From assembly GCA_005223125.1 (NCBI GenBank), contig NJBH01000013.1, positions 32,239 to 96,238 on the forward strand: 64,000 nt of DNA, read 5' to 3'. The notes under the pieces are model-generated. The model did no database searches, was not told the DNA's origin, and was given only the letters and a program-made list of their open reading frames with translations. This DNA comes from Promethearchaeota archaeon Loki_b32 (GTDB lineage Archaea > Asgardarchaeota > Lokiarchaeia > Sigyniarchaeales > SOKP01). Positions 36,503-46,203 of this stretch are shown here, piece after piece (within the stretch, counting starts at the first letter, position 1; the number at the start of each line of letters is the position of its first letter). The position numbers and the translations under genes were made by a program.

Positions 36503-37768
36503 ATGAGTGAAAATAAAAAAGAAAAAGGAAATAGGCAGTTTTTCTCATATTTTAAATATATGATTTTTATCCTGATTTTTGTTGAAATACTTGATACTTA
36601 TACTACGAATAATCTTAATGTTGTAGTTTCCGATATATCAAGTGAATTTTTTCCAAGTTTAACTGAAAATGCGGCTATTTCATTTTTTCAGATTTTTGTA
36701 GCTATAGCAACAGTGGGTATGTATTTTGTATTTTTAAATCAATATTTTGCTGATAAAATGGGAAGGAAATTTCTCTTAGTTTTTACAGTCTTTGGTATGG
36801 GGTTGGCTTCCTTATTAATTAATTTCGCAACGAATATAATTACTTATACGATATTTCTGTTTTTATTGTATTTTTTCTTCAATTCAGACATTTGGGTAAT
36901 TTATATTAACGAAGAAAGTCCTTCTGATAAAAGAGCTTTTTATACTAATTTTGTTCTGATAGGTGGAGTAATAGGTGCGTTATTAATTCCTGTATTTCAT
37001 GATATTATTATAAATTGGAGAGGTATGACGTATTTCGCAATATTATTAGGGCTTCCATTAAGCATAATCATCTTCTTTACCTTTAAAGAGACTTCAAAGT
37101 ATCTAGAAATAAAAGAAGATAACTCCTTATTAACACAAAAACCAAAAATGCTTAAAGAAAATATAAAGAAAATCTTTAAGTCTTCTCGAAGAAAGGAATT
37201 TATTATAATTCTTATTATAAGTTTGATAATCGGTCTAAATAATCTCTTCATTTTAGTGGGAGAGGATTTTTTATCAGATAGTTTTACTAAGGAAGATGTT
37301 GATACAGTTGTATGGGTGATGGGAATTGCTTCTATAATAGGATACTTTATTACAGGGGTAACTGCTGATAGAATTGGAAGAAGACCTTTATGCATTCTCT
37401 ATTCTATTCTATTTCCTATCTCTATATTGATTATTGTTCTTGGAGTCAATTTTTCGGAAGGCGCTTTAACAATGGTCATGATTGGAGCGGGATTAGCAAA
37501 CTTATCATATTGGGGATTAAGAATATTAATTAGTATTATGGCTTTAGAAATTATTCCAACCCAATCTAGAGGAACAGGAACTGGATTAAAAACATTGGCA
37601 AGTTCCGTTGGTATCACAGTAGGGTTAATATTCAGTAGTATTATTACATTCAGTCAAGGATTAGCAGTATCTTTCACAATTTTTAGTCTTTTATTCATTG
37701 TCGTTGTATTTCTAGTTTTAATTTTCTTAAAGGAAACTAAAGGTGTAGATTTAAGTAAGATTGAATAG
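36503..37768 (+). CDS. MFS transporter
   Basis: About 12 TM helices. MFS loop motifs are present (ADKMGRKF between TM2 and TM3, and ADRIGRRP in the second half). Confidence 0.85.
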   Translation: MSENKKEKGNRQFFSYFKYMIFILIFVEILDTYTTNNLNVVVSDISSEFFPSLTENAAISFFQIFVAIATVGMYFVFLNQYFADKMGRKFLLVFTVFGMGLASLLINFATNIITYTIFLFLLYFFFNSDIWVIYINEESPSDKRAFYTNFVLIGGVIGALLIPVFHDIIINWRGMTYFAILLGLPLSIIIFFTFKETSKYLEIKEDNSLLTQKPKMLKENIKKIFKSSRRKEFIIILIISLIIGLNNLFILVGEDFLSDSFTKEDVDTVVWVMGIASIIGYFITGVTADRIGRRPLCILYSILFPISILIIVLGVNFSEGALTMVMIGAGLANLSYWGLRILISIMALEIIPTQSRGTGTGLKTLASSVGITVGLIFSSIITFSQGLAVSFTIFSLLFIVVVFLVLIFLKETKGVDLSKIE

Positions 37769-37875
37769 TTAATTTATATATAATAATAAGAATAACTCTA
37801 ATAAAGAAACAAATTTATTTATAATACCATTTCATTAAATTATTTTAGACTTTTAAGTTCAATAATGATAACATA

Positions 37876-38496
37876 ATGTATAAGTTTAAAGTGATATTAG
37901 CTGGAGACAAAAATGTAGGAAAGAGCTCTCTTATTTCTCGTTATTGTGATAATAGTTTTGATGAACATATGAAAGAAACTATAGGTGTTGCATTCAAAAG
38001 AAAAAAAGTTATTGTAATAGAGAACGATAGTGAAATTGCTTTAGGTTTAAATATATGGGATTTTGGAGGAGAGGAAAAATATCGTAAATTATTTCCTTCG
38101 TATTCTTATGGTGCAAATGCAGCACTGATATTATTTGATACTACAAATGAAAAAACTCTAAATGGTATAGCAAATTGGGTAAAAATTATCGAAGATAATT
38201 GTACTTCAAATGTAGTAAAATTATTAATTGCCACTAAAATCGATTTAAAGGAAAAAAGAGAAGTCTCTACAAAAAAAGCAATGGAATATTGTAATAATTA
38301 TAATTGGTGCAAGGAAATTATTAAAACTTCATCAAAAACGGGAGAATATGTTGAAGAGACATTTTTAACTATTGCTAAAAATTTATTGAAAAGAAATTTG
38401 CATAAATGTAAAGATTGTGGTACATTTTTTAGTATAAAATTAAAATTCTGTAGTTTTTGCGGCGAAAAAATTGAAATGGATGTAAGTCCTATTTAA
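37876..38496 (+). CDS. Rab-like small GTPase with C-terminal zinc ribbon; catalytic Gln replaced by Glu
   Basis: G1 GDKNVGKS and G2 ETIGV are present. G3 reads WDFGGEE (E where Ras/Rab have Q). G4 reads ATKID and G5 reads SSKTG. The C-terminus is CKDCGTFFSIKLKFCSFCGEKI. Confidence 0.85.
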   Translation: MYKFKVILAGDKNVGKSSLISRYCDNSFDEHMKETIGVAFKRKKVIVIENDSEIALGLNIWDFGGEEKYRKLFPSYSYGANAALILFDTTNEKTLNGIANWVKIIEDNCTSNVVKLLIATKIDLKEKREVSTKKAMEYCNNYNWCKEIIKTSSKTGEYVEETFLTIAKNLLKRNLHKCKDCGTFFSIKLKFCSFCGEKIEMDVSPI

Positions 38497-38501
38497 AACT
38501 T

Positions 38502-39308
38502 TTATAAATCTTCTTCTTTTCTATCATAAAGGGAAGGGGGTATTTTTACTTTTTCTAAGGGTCTAGTTTTAATCCTACTAATAAAAGTTTCTAATTCCAT
38601 TTTAGCATTAGTTATAGAAGATTCTATTTCCTTTTTTACTAGTTCTTCTCCAATGATATAATTACCATGACCTGGATAGACACTATCTATTTTAAAAGTA
38701 TTTAATATTTGAAGCGAATTGATATACTCTGAAATTGAACCGGATTCATAAATATTCGTAATTCTTCCTTGAAATAATGTGTCTCCTGAAAATAAATAAT
38801 GTTTGAATGGTTCATAAAGACATATACATCCAGATGTATGACCTGGTGTTTCAATTACTTTTAATATGGTATTTCCTAAATCTATTATATTTCTATCTTC
38901 AAACCAAATGTTTACAGTTAAATCTGTTAAATCTACGCCCCATTTCTTTCCTTTAGTTATCAACTCATCACTATACTGGATTTTTACTGCTGCCCACCTA
39001 TGTGCTGCTGTAATACAGTGAAAGTAGGCGTTTGAACTGATATGATCAAAATGTTCATGTGTATTGATAACGAGATTAATTTCTTCTAATTTTAAGCCTA
39101 TTTCTGTAACAAGTAAATAATTAAAACTATTGAATTTTGTAATAATACCAGTGTCTATAAGAACATTTAACTCGTCACCTACTATTAAATAAACATGACA
39201 ACCAGGTCCTGCAGTGTAAAACTGGTAAACATTTGGAGTTAAATGGTTTAAACTGTATCCTGATTTTCCATATAAATCATCCTCCTTGATTAAATGAGGT
39301 TTAAACAT
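38502..39308 (-). CDS. MBL-fold metallo-hydrolase
   Basis: Contains THEHFDHI (HxHxDH), TPGHTSG, SGDTLF and PGHG. Confidence 0.85.
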   Translation of the reverse strand: MFKPHLIKEDDLYGKSGYSLNHLTPNVYQFYTAGPGCHVYLIVGDELNVLIDTGIITKFNSFNYLLVTEIGLKLEEINLVINTHEHFDHISSNAYFHCITAAHRWAAVKIQYSDELITKGKKWGVDLTDLTVNIWFEDRNIIDLGNTILKVIETPGHTSGCICLYEPFKHYLFSGDTLFQGRITNIYESGSISEYINSLQILNTFKIDSVYPGHGNYIIGEELVKKEIESSITNAKMELETFISRIKTRPLEKVKIPPSLYDRKEEDL

Positions 39309-39516
39309 ATTTTTTCACTTATTAATGGTAGATTTCAATATATTTCATTTTTTATTTAAAATAACTAATGAAATGTGTTAAAAAAAGTTTGGATAGAATT
39401 ACAATTTTCAATCTACAATTTATTAACATAATTTTAAATAAAATGTAAAATATTTTTCTTTTACTTAAAATTGTGATTCCTATAACCCCATGTAATTAAA
39501 ATGGAGGGCAAAAAAA

Positions 39517-40719
39517 GTGGTTGATATTAGTAATATTAAAAATGTAGCGGTTATTGGAGCAGGTGTACAAGGACATAAAATAGCTCAAGTTGCATTAATG
39601 GCGGGATTTGATAAGGTTATACTTAATAGTAGAACAACGCAATCAATTGAAAGAGCTGTAGAACAGATAATTAATAGTAAATCTGTAGGGTTAAAAGTAC
39701 TTGAATCTAAGGGCCATTTGAAAGAAAATCAAACTACTGAAACTCTATTGAGCAAATTAGTTAAAGAGGTTGATTTAAGGAAAGCGGTTGAAGATGCTGA
39801 TTTTGTAATTGAGTGTGTACCGGAAATTTTGAAATTAAAACAAGAGATTTTTAAAAAAATGGGTGAATTTTCACCAGATCACACAATCTTAGCTTCTGAT
39901 ACTTCAACAATGAGCATTACAAAAATAGGTGAATCCTCCAGAAGATCCGATAGAGTAATGGGTATGCATTTCTTTAGTCCAATGGGAAGCACACTAATTG
40001 AGATTACAAAAGGAACGAAAACATCTGATAAAACTATGGATATCGGGTATGAGATTGCTAAAAAATTACCTTGTGAAAGGGGAGAAAGAATGGTTATTAG
40101 ACTTGAAAAAGAGTCACCTGGATTTGTGGTAAATAGAGTGATAGGTACTGGTGAAATATACTTTAAGTGGGTAATTGAACAAGCTACTATGAGAGGGATT
40201 CCTTATGAGCAAGTTGATGCCGATGTAATTAAATTGATGCCTATGGGTTGCTGTTTAATGTGTGATATCATGGGTTTAGATACAGTAAATAATTCAATGA
40301 AATATTTTGCCTCAACTCTATCTTCTGATTTTTCGCCTAGTCCAGTATTTAAAAATTTAATTGATAAAGGACATACTGGCAAGAAATCTGGGAAGGGATT
40401 CTATGACTGGTCTAAAGGGAAACCTGTAATTAATAGAGAGAAAAAAGCTGGTCTAATGGATGTTAAAATAGTTGCTGCAATTCATTTAAATGAAGGTTGC
40501 AAACTTCTTGAAGAAGGGATTGTGGATAACTATAATATCATTGACGATGCCGTTTCGGCAGGATATCATATATCAGGTCCATTTAAAGTAGGAAAGAGGT
40601 GGTATAAAAGACTATCAAAATTATTAGAAACATTTGCAGAAAAAGCTAATACCGATTATCTTAAACCTTGTCATTTAATGAAATCTGGAGAATTTCGTAA
40701 GATGAGTAGATCAAGCTAA
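39517..40719 (+). CDS. 3-hydroxyacyl-CoA (3-hydroxybutyryl-CoA) dehydrogenase
   Basis: Contains the Rossmann motif VAVIGAGVQGHKIAQ, the SDTSTMS and HFFSP motifs, and the C-terminal domain. GTG start with a GGAGGG SD. Confidence 0.9.
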   Translation: MVDISNIKNVAVIGAGVQGHKIAQVALMAGFDKVILNSRTTQSIERAVEQIINSKSVGLKVLESKGHLKENQTTETLLSKLVKEVDLRKAVEDADFVIECVPEILKLKQEIFKKMGEFSPDHTILASDTSTMSITKIGESSRRSDRVMGMHFFSPMGSTLIEITKGTKTSDKTMDIGYEIAKKLPCERGERMVIRLEKESPGFVVNRVIGTGEIYFKWVIEQATMRGIPYEQVDADVIKLMPMGCCLMCDIMGLDTVNNSMKYFASTLSSDFSPSPVFKNLIDKGHTGKKSGKGFYDWSKGKPVINREKKAGLMDVKIVAAIHLNEGCKLLEEGIVDNYNIIDDAVSAGYHISGPFKVGKRWYKRLSKLLETFAEKANTDYLKPCHLMKSGEFRKMSRSS

Positions 40720-40779
40720 AAATAATTGTCTTTCAATAATTAAAAATGAAAATTAATAATTTAGTATCTATATTGTTTC

Positions 40780-40909
40780 ATCTGGCTGAATCTCCATAGT
40801 AAATTCACATAAATATTTAATAAAGTAGTTAAGAAATTGATTTTTATAAATTTATTTGAAACTACCTATGAAATAAATGTAATTCTCTTTTATATAAAAC
40901 CAGATTTAT
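40780..40909. repeat. ~130-bp intergenic direct repeat, copy A (partner at 42501-42630)
   Basis: Ungapped hand alignment at a constant offset of 1721 bp gives 13 mismatches in 130 positions. Long identical blocks include AAAGTAGTTAAGAAATTGA and TTTATTTGAAACTACCTATGAAATAAA. Confidence 0.75.
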
Positions 40910-40933
40910 TGTAAAAATTAACCAAATTAAAAA

Positions 40934-42394
40934 TTAAATTTTCTTCTTCTTATCAGGTGTCTCTTTGATTTCTAACTCCTCTTTCCTTTTATCTGGATGT
41001 TTTACGCGTCTTGATTCATCAATTGGATGTTCACATACCCAACATTCATTTTCGCGATTAGCTAATGATCGGGCACACTTTTCGCAATAAAGAACATCAC
41101 ATTTTGGACAGATGAATGTAAATGTAAATCCTCCTACATGGCCTTTGCATACTAAACAAATTTTTTGCTCCTTATATAATTCCAAATCTTCTTCGGAGAT
41201 TTTTTCAGTTGGTTTCTCCCATTTTACCACTGCTTTGGTTGGGAGGGTTTCTCTCATCTGAATTATGACAATAGTAGCTAAAATAAAAACAAAAAGTAAA
41301 ACTACTGTTAAATAGGTAGGCTCCGCTAAAAAGTAAGGTCTCATGATTTCTGCAATAATAACACCAATTACACTTCCACTCATCATGAAAGCTAAAAAGA
41401 GTGCTCCATTATCTCTTAAATATTGATATTCGGAGAGCTCTCCATAAATTAAAAAACTGGTTGTGAGACTCAAACTTAAACCAGCACCTAAGATTAATGG
41501 AGCAATGTAAAGTAATATAAATTCATTTTGACTATTAAATGAGAGAATTAAAAATGCACTCGCTTGAAATATTAACCCAATTAAAACAGATATTCGCCTT
41601 CCTATCATATCTGCTATTAATCCTCCAGGAAAGGAAGAGATCATTATCGAAATACAAAAGAAAATTACATAGATATCTAACTTTGCATCCAGACCATTTT
41701 TTTCTAAGAATAAAATTGTAACATAATAGATATTAACCCATAAAAAACCAGCAAAAAAAGCGAAACCTATCTTAAGTAGGCCTCTCCTTTCTTTAATATA
41801 TGAAGAAATATTCAGAGATTCTTGAATCGGTAATTTAATTATAGCTCCCTTACCCAATATAGCAAATATGAAGATTGAAATATACACTAAAATGAAAAAT
41901 ATTATTCCTAATAAAGGATTTTTGTTGATATCAATCATAGCTTCAATCATAATAAGAAGGCCAACGAAAATGAAGGCCGTACTAAAATATCGTGCTGCGA
42001 ATCTTGTTTCTTTAAATATTGGAAAAAAATGCTTATATAATAAACCAAGTACTATTCCAATACTAAAACCTGCTCCAAATAATCCTATTGGCACGAACCA
42101 TGGTTGATCAATTATTATAAGACAAATAAAAAAGATGATTACGATAGCATTGGAAATGAGGTAACTTGTAAAATGATTCAATTCTTTATAAATTAGCTTT
42201 AAAGCAAATATAGTTCCAATAGGTATCCCAATTAAATGGTAAATAATAAGAACATAAGGAAGTTCTCTTTCCATGAGTATTACGAATTCAAAAAGAAAAT
42301 GATATTGCATTAAAAGAAATATACTAAAGATGCTACTTATTAGCATACACCATTCTTTAATCGAGAATTTACCTAATGGAGGAATAATCTTCAT
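40934..42394 (-). CDS. MFS-like 12-TM membrane protein fused to a C-terminal C4C4 RING-like zinc finger
   Basis: The hydrophobic body includes ADMIGRRIS (MFS loop motif). The cytoplasmic tail is CLVCKGHVGGFTFTFICPKCDVLYCEKCARSLANRENECWVC, with spacing C-x2-C-x12-C-x2-C-x4-C-x2-C-x10-C-x2-C. Confidence 0.8.
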   Translation of the reverse strand: MKIIPPLGKFSIKEWCMLISSIFSIFLLMQYHFLFEFVILMERELPYVLIIYHLIGIPIGTIFALKLIYKELNHFTSYLISNAIVIIFFICLIIIDQPWFVPIGLFGAGFSIGIVLGLLYKHFFPIFKETRFAARYFSTAFIFVGLLIMIEAMIDINKNPLLGIIFFILVYISIFIFAILGKGAIIKLPIQESLNISSYIKERRGLLKIGFAFFAGFLWVNIYYVTILFLEKNGLDAKLDIYVIFFCISIMISSFPGGLIADMIGRRISVLIGLIFQASAFLILSFNSQNEFILLYIAPLILGAGLSLSLTTSFLIYGELSEYQYLRDNGALFLAFMMSGSVIGVIIAEIMRPYFLAEPTYLTVVLLFVFILATIVIIQMRETLPTKAVVKWEKPTEKISEEDLELYKEQKICLVCKGHVGGFTFTFICPKCDVLYCEKCARSLANRENECWVCEHPIDESRRVKHPDKRKEELEIKETPDKKKKI

Positions 42395-42500
42395 ATTAGT
42401 TTTTTAAGATAAATTTATATTTTAATCTTTTTGTAAAAAAAGCTGGTAACAGAAGAACGTATAAATATTCTGATTTTTTAGTTAAAAGAACTGTTTTATT

Positions 42501-42630
42501 ATCTGGTTGGATCTCCATAATAAACTCATATCAATGTTTAACAAAGTAGTTAAGAAATTGACTTATATAAATTTATTTGAAACTACCTATGAAATAAACG
42601 TAATTCATTTTTATATAAAACCAGATTTAT
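42501..42630. repeat. ~130-bp intergenic direct repeat, copy B (partner at 40780-40909)
   Basis: See copy A. It has the same orientation and lies on the other side of the MFS-RING gene. Confidence 0.75.
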
Positions 42631-42906
42631 GATATTCCACCATTTTAGAATTTGATTTTTCCCTATCTTCTGATGCATTTTCACATATCTCATGTTTTTA
42701 ATATTAAAATAACTGAACGAACTGTAAAAAAATGGGTGTACAAATGGCAGATAAATAGACCTTCACTTAGACAAATGCTGCAAATTCGTAAATTAGGAAA
42801 AAGATCACCAATTGAGCTTCATAAAATATATTTTAAATTAGAAAAAAGTAAAACTTAATTCCTTTTTTCATTTTAAGACGTTATATTTTTATGTCTGCTT
42901 TATTTA

Positions 42907-43671
42907 ATGATTTTTATGGAAATAGAAGAAAAAATCGATCTAGCTGCTAAATGGATAGTTGAATCAGAACGTTTAGTAATTTTTACTGGTGCTGGAATAT
43001 CAACGGGTAGTGGATTACCTGATTATAGAGGTCCAGATGGAGTATGGACTAGACGGGATCAGGGACTTCCTCCTCCACAGAGTCCTCCTTGGGATCAAGT
43101 GAAGCCTAATCCTAATCATTATGCAATTGTGGAGTTAATGGAAATGAGAAGGTTAGACTATTTAATTTCGCAAAATGTAGATGGGTTACATGCTAAATCT
43201 GGAATCCCTTTTGATATATTCAGTGAACTTCACGGAAATTTATACTTCATGAAGTGCCTATCATGTAATAAAAAGATGTTATTCGAAGAAGTCGGTTGGG
43301 ACAAAAGTAAATGGGGTCCAGGATATAGAACGCATCCTGTTCGAGAAGATCAGCCAACATGCCCCTTCTGTGAAGGAAGAATAATTTCAAGTATTGTAAA
43401 TTTCGGTGATCCATTACCTTCCGATGAACTTGAAGAATCTATGATACGTTCTCAAAATTCTGATGTTTTCTTTGTAATTGGATCTTCTCTAGTAGTAACA
43501 CCAGCTGCTAATATGCCTGGTATTGCAAAACAGAATGGTGCTAAATTGATAATTCTAAACAAAGGTGATACTCCTTATGATCACGTAGCAGATATAAGAT
43601 TCGACAATTTAATTGAAGAAGTACTCCCTCCTATAATGGAAAAGGTAAAAGAAATGGTAAAAAAAAATTAG
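42907..43671 (+). CDS. cobB: NAD-dependent protein deacylase (sirtuin, Sir2 family)
   Basis: Contains GAGISTGSGLPDYRGPDGVW, QNVDGLH, the zinc ribbon CLSC...CPFC and GSSLVV. ATG 42916 is an alternative start. Confidence 0.9.
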   Translation: MIFMEIEEKIDLAAKWIVESERLVIFTGAGISTGSGLPDYRGPDGVWTRRDQGLPPPQSPPWDQVKPNPNHYAIVELMEMRRLDYLISQNVDGLHAKSGIPFDIFSELHGNLYFMKCLSCNKKMLFEEVGWDKSKWGPGYRTHPVREDQPTCPFCEGRIISSIVNFGDPLPSDELEESMIRSQNSDVFFVIGSSLVVTPAANMPGIAKQNGAKLIILNKGDTPYDHVADIRFDNLIEEVLPPIMEKVKEMVKKN

Positions 43672-43722
43672 TAATTTAATACTCGGTTTTAATTATTTTA
43701 CTTATATGATAGGGTATTTTTT

Positions 43723-44552
43723 ATGAGAACTATTGATGAAAAACAGATTAAAAAGATAAAAGAGTTTATTTTTAAAAATGGAAGACTCCTTGAAAGAAGA
43801 TTAGTTTCATTTTTTTTTGAAAAGGGAAATAAAGATGACGTCATTAAGGCTTTAGTGGCATATCAGAATTTGGATGGAGGATTTGGTAATGGAATTGAAC
43901 CAGATCTATTGTGTCCAGACAGTACTGCTATTGGTGCTGAAACTGCAATGTATATTCTTGATCTCTTGGGATATGTAAATAATGAAATCACAGATCATTT
44001 ATTTAATTGGATTATTAAAGAACAGAATGAAGAAGGATATATTAACCATCCTCCTAAAAATTTGTATAATTATCCATTTCAAGAATGGTGGAGTAATCCT
44101 GATGATCTGAGAATATTTGCATTATCAGGCTTTCTTAAAAAGTGGGGATTAAAAGACGCTACTTTTTTTGAAAAAGTAAAATATTTTTATTCAAACAGCT
44201 CTCTTCCTAAAGAATTTACTTTTTATGAGTATCCCTATTTTATATATCTGAAATACTTAGGAAAAAACAAAGAGAAAAAAAGATGCAACAACAAATTATC
44301 AACCAATTCCCAAGTATTTTTGAAAAGAATAAGGAACATTATCCATTATTTGGTCGACATTGGTATCATGCTCTCGATATTGTGGATAAAAAAGTAGTAG
44401 AAAATGAAGCAGATAATTTTCTTAATGGTCTTAAAGACGATGGTGGTCTTAAAATAATCTATCAGAACTTTCCTTGGTGGAGACCAATATGGACTTTAGA
44501 TGGATTGATTATCGCGAAAATATGGGGAATATTTGATTTTCAAAGTGATTAA
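43723..44552 (+). pseudogene. Alpha-alpha toroid (terpene cyclase/prenyltransferase-like) protein, frameshifted in an A-run
   Basis: ORFs 43723..44397 and 44283..44552 overlap in different frames. The second frame opens after TAG at ~44256. The switch must occur within GGAAAAAACAAAGAGAAAAAAAGATG (44260-44285). The motifs YQNLDGGFGNG and LKDDGGLKI sit on either side. Confidence 0.7.
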
Positions 44553-44559
44553 AGTATGG

Positions 44560-46203
44560 TTATTTTACTTTAGCAAAAATGTCTTTATCATTATTTAATT
44601 CTTTTAATATCTTTTTTGCTTCTTTGTTTGATAATGAAAGAGAAATATCACTATTACGGCTCAATGAACCTATAAAAATCTGTTGATTATCGGCATAAAT
44701 TACAATATTTTGACTAGCGTATTCAGGATTAGCTCTAATAATTATTTTTTGTTTTATTACATCGATATTTAAATCGATTCTTTTATCTTTTTTCGCTCTA
44801 CTTGAGGGAATTCCCCTTCCCTTTGAGGAATATTTAGAGCTTATTGGATTTACAACAACATCATTTCCAAAATTATAGATCTCAAATTCTAAGCGATCAT
44901 TTTTAAAATCTCTTACTTCTACTACAGGTCTTGCTAAATCTTTATCTCTGAATCCATGAGGTACTTTGACAGTCATTTTTAATATAAAAACTTTTGAAAT
45001 ATCTCCACCTTCAATAAAAATAATGGTATCTAAAATTGAAGGGAGCATTCCAAGTTCTATTCGACCAATAAATCTTTGAATTGCATCGATTGCAGAAGAT
45101 GAATGAACAACTCCAACCATTCCAACTCCTGATAAACGAAAATCCGAATAAATCTGGAAATCTTTTGTAGTTCTGACTTCATCAAAAATAGTAAAATCTG
45201 GTCTTACAAGTAAAAGTATATCAGCTGAATTCTCAAGACTGCCCTCTAATTTGGTATATTGAGTTATTTCTGGTTCCACTTGTAAGTCTCTTACACTTTC
45301 TAACGTTTTTATTACTTTTTCTTGTTTTAAGTAGTAATTTGCTAATGCTGCCGAAAAAGTTGATTTTCCTGCTCCTGGTGAGCCTGCTACAAGTATTCCT
45401 TCCGCTTTTTCCAATCTATTCTGTAATCTACTATCAATGGAATAATCAGATAGTTTTAAACTTACAAGAGGCCGTACTGCGGTAATTTCTACATCTTTTG
45501 AAAAAGGAGGACGGGTTATAACTATCCTAAAATCCCTCATTTGGGCAACTATAGCACCTTCTTTTTCAATTTCAATAAAAGAATGTTTATCTTCTCGTGT
45601 CACTTCTACAATCTCCATTGCAATATCTTCTATTAACTTATTTGAAGCTGGCTCATTACTGATTCTTTGTAAACGCCAATTTCCTGGAGAACCTCTTTTG
45701 GCATAAGGAGGAATATTTTGTTTTAGATGAACACTCATCGTTTCGTCATCGAAATATTCCAAAATCTTTAGAGAAATAGGTAAGAGCTCTTCCTTAGACT
45801 TTTTTTCCCAAGCAAAAAGAACTTCTAATCCTTCAAATTCTCCAACAACGCCTTGGATTCTGTCCGCGGTTATTAGTATAGCATTGTTCTGACGAGCTTC
45901 TTCTCTAATCAATGCATCAAGCTCACCGCCCCGAGCTAGCTTTATTTCCTCTCTCGTTGGCCGTCTCCCTACGATGAGCAAATTAATCATTTTTTCATTG
46001 TGAAGCTTACGTAATTCTTTTAATACATTTAATCCGAAAAATCCAATTTCTTTTTGGATATTAGTCCGATATTCGACTTCTGCAACTACTATATTACAAA
46101 TAATAATTTCTGGTTTTTCCCCTAGCTCTCCATCCTCAATTAAATTAAGGATTTGACCATTAAAAATTACAGACGTATCACATAAGAACTTATCTGATAT
46201 CAT
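44560..46203 (-). CDS. PIN-domain-containing PilT-like ATPase (archaeal PINA-type) with KH/TRAM-like C-terminus
   Basis: N-terminal PIN pattern (FLCDTSVIFNG...) and Walker A GSPGAGKST. Its start overlaps the endA stop region by 14 nt. Confidence 0.8.
   Translation of the reverse strand: MISDKFLCDTSVIFNGQILNLIEDGELGEKPEIIICNIVVAEVEYRTNIQKEIGFFGLNVLKELRKLHNEKMINLLIVGRRPTREEIKLARGGELDALIREEARQNNAILITADRIQGVVGEFEGLEVLFAWEKKSKEELLPISLKILEYFDDETMSVHLKQNIPPYAKRGSPGNWRLQRISNEPASNKLIEDIAMEIVEVTREDKHSFIEIEKEGAIVAQMRDFRIVITRPPFSKDVEITAVRPLVSLKLSDYSIDSRLQNRLEKAEGILVAGSPGAGKSTFSAALANYYLKQEKVIKTLESVRDLQVEPEITQYTKLEGSLENSADILLLVRPDFTIFDEVRTTKDFQIYSDFRLSGVGMVGVVHSSSAIDAIQRFIGRIELGMLPSILDTIIFIEGGDISKVFILKMTVKVPHGFRDKDLARPVVEVRDFKNDRLEFEIYNFGNDVVVNPISSKYSSKGRGIPSSRAKKDKRIDLNIDVIKQKIIIRANPEYASQNIVIYADNQQIFIGSLSRNSDISLSLSNKEAKKILKELNNDKDIFAKVK

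Noticed and set aside
42652-42858. 68-aa basic ORF as a real gene or a confident IS630-type transposase remnant
   Set aside because: Only a faint HTH-like pattern. It has a TTG start without an SD, is bounded by stops, and has no terminal inverted repeats that I could see. It is mentioned only as context for the flanking repeats.
42907-43671. Sirtuin as part of a SIR2-based anti-phage defence system (Thoeris/DSR/SIR2-HerA-like)
   Set aside because: It is a short canonical CobB-type deacylase with a zinc ribbon. No TIR, HerA, Argonaute, helicase or other defence partner is adjacent.
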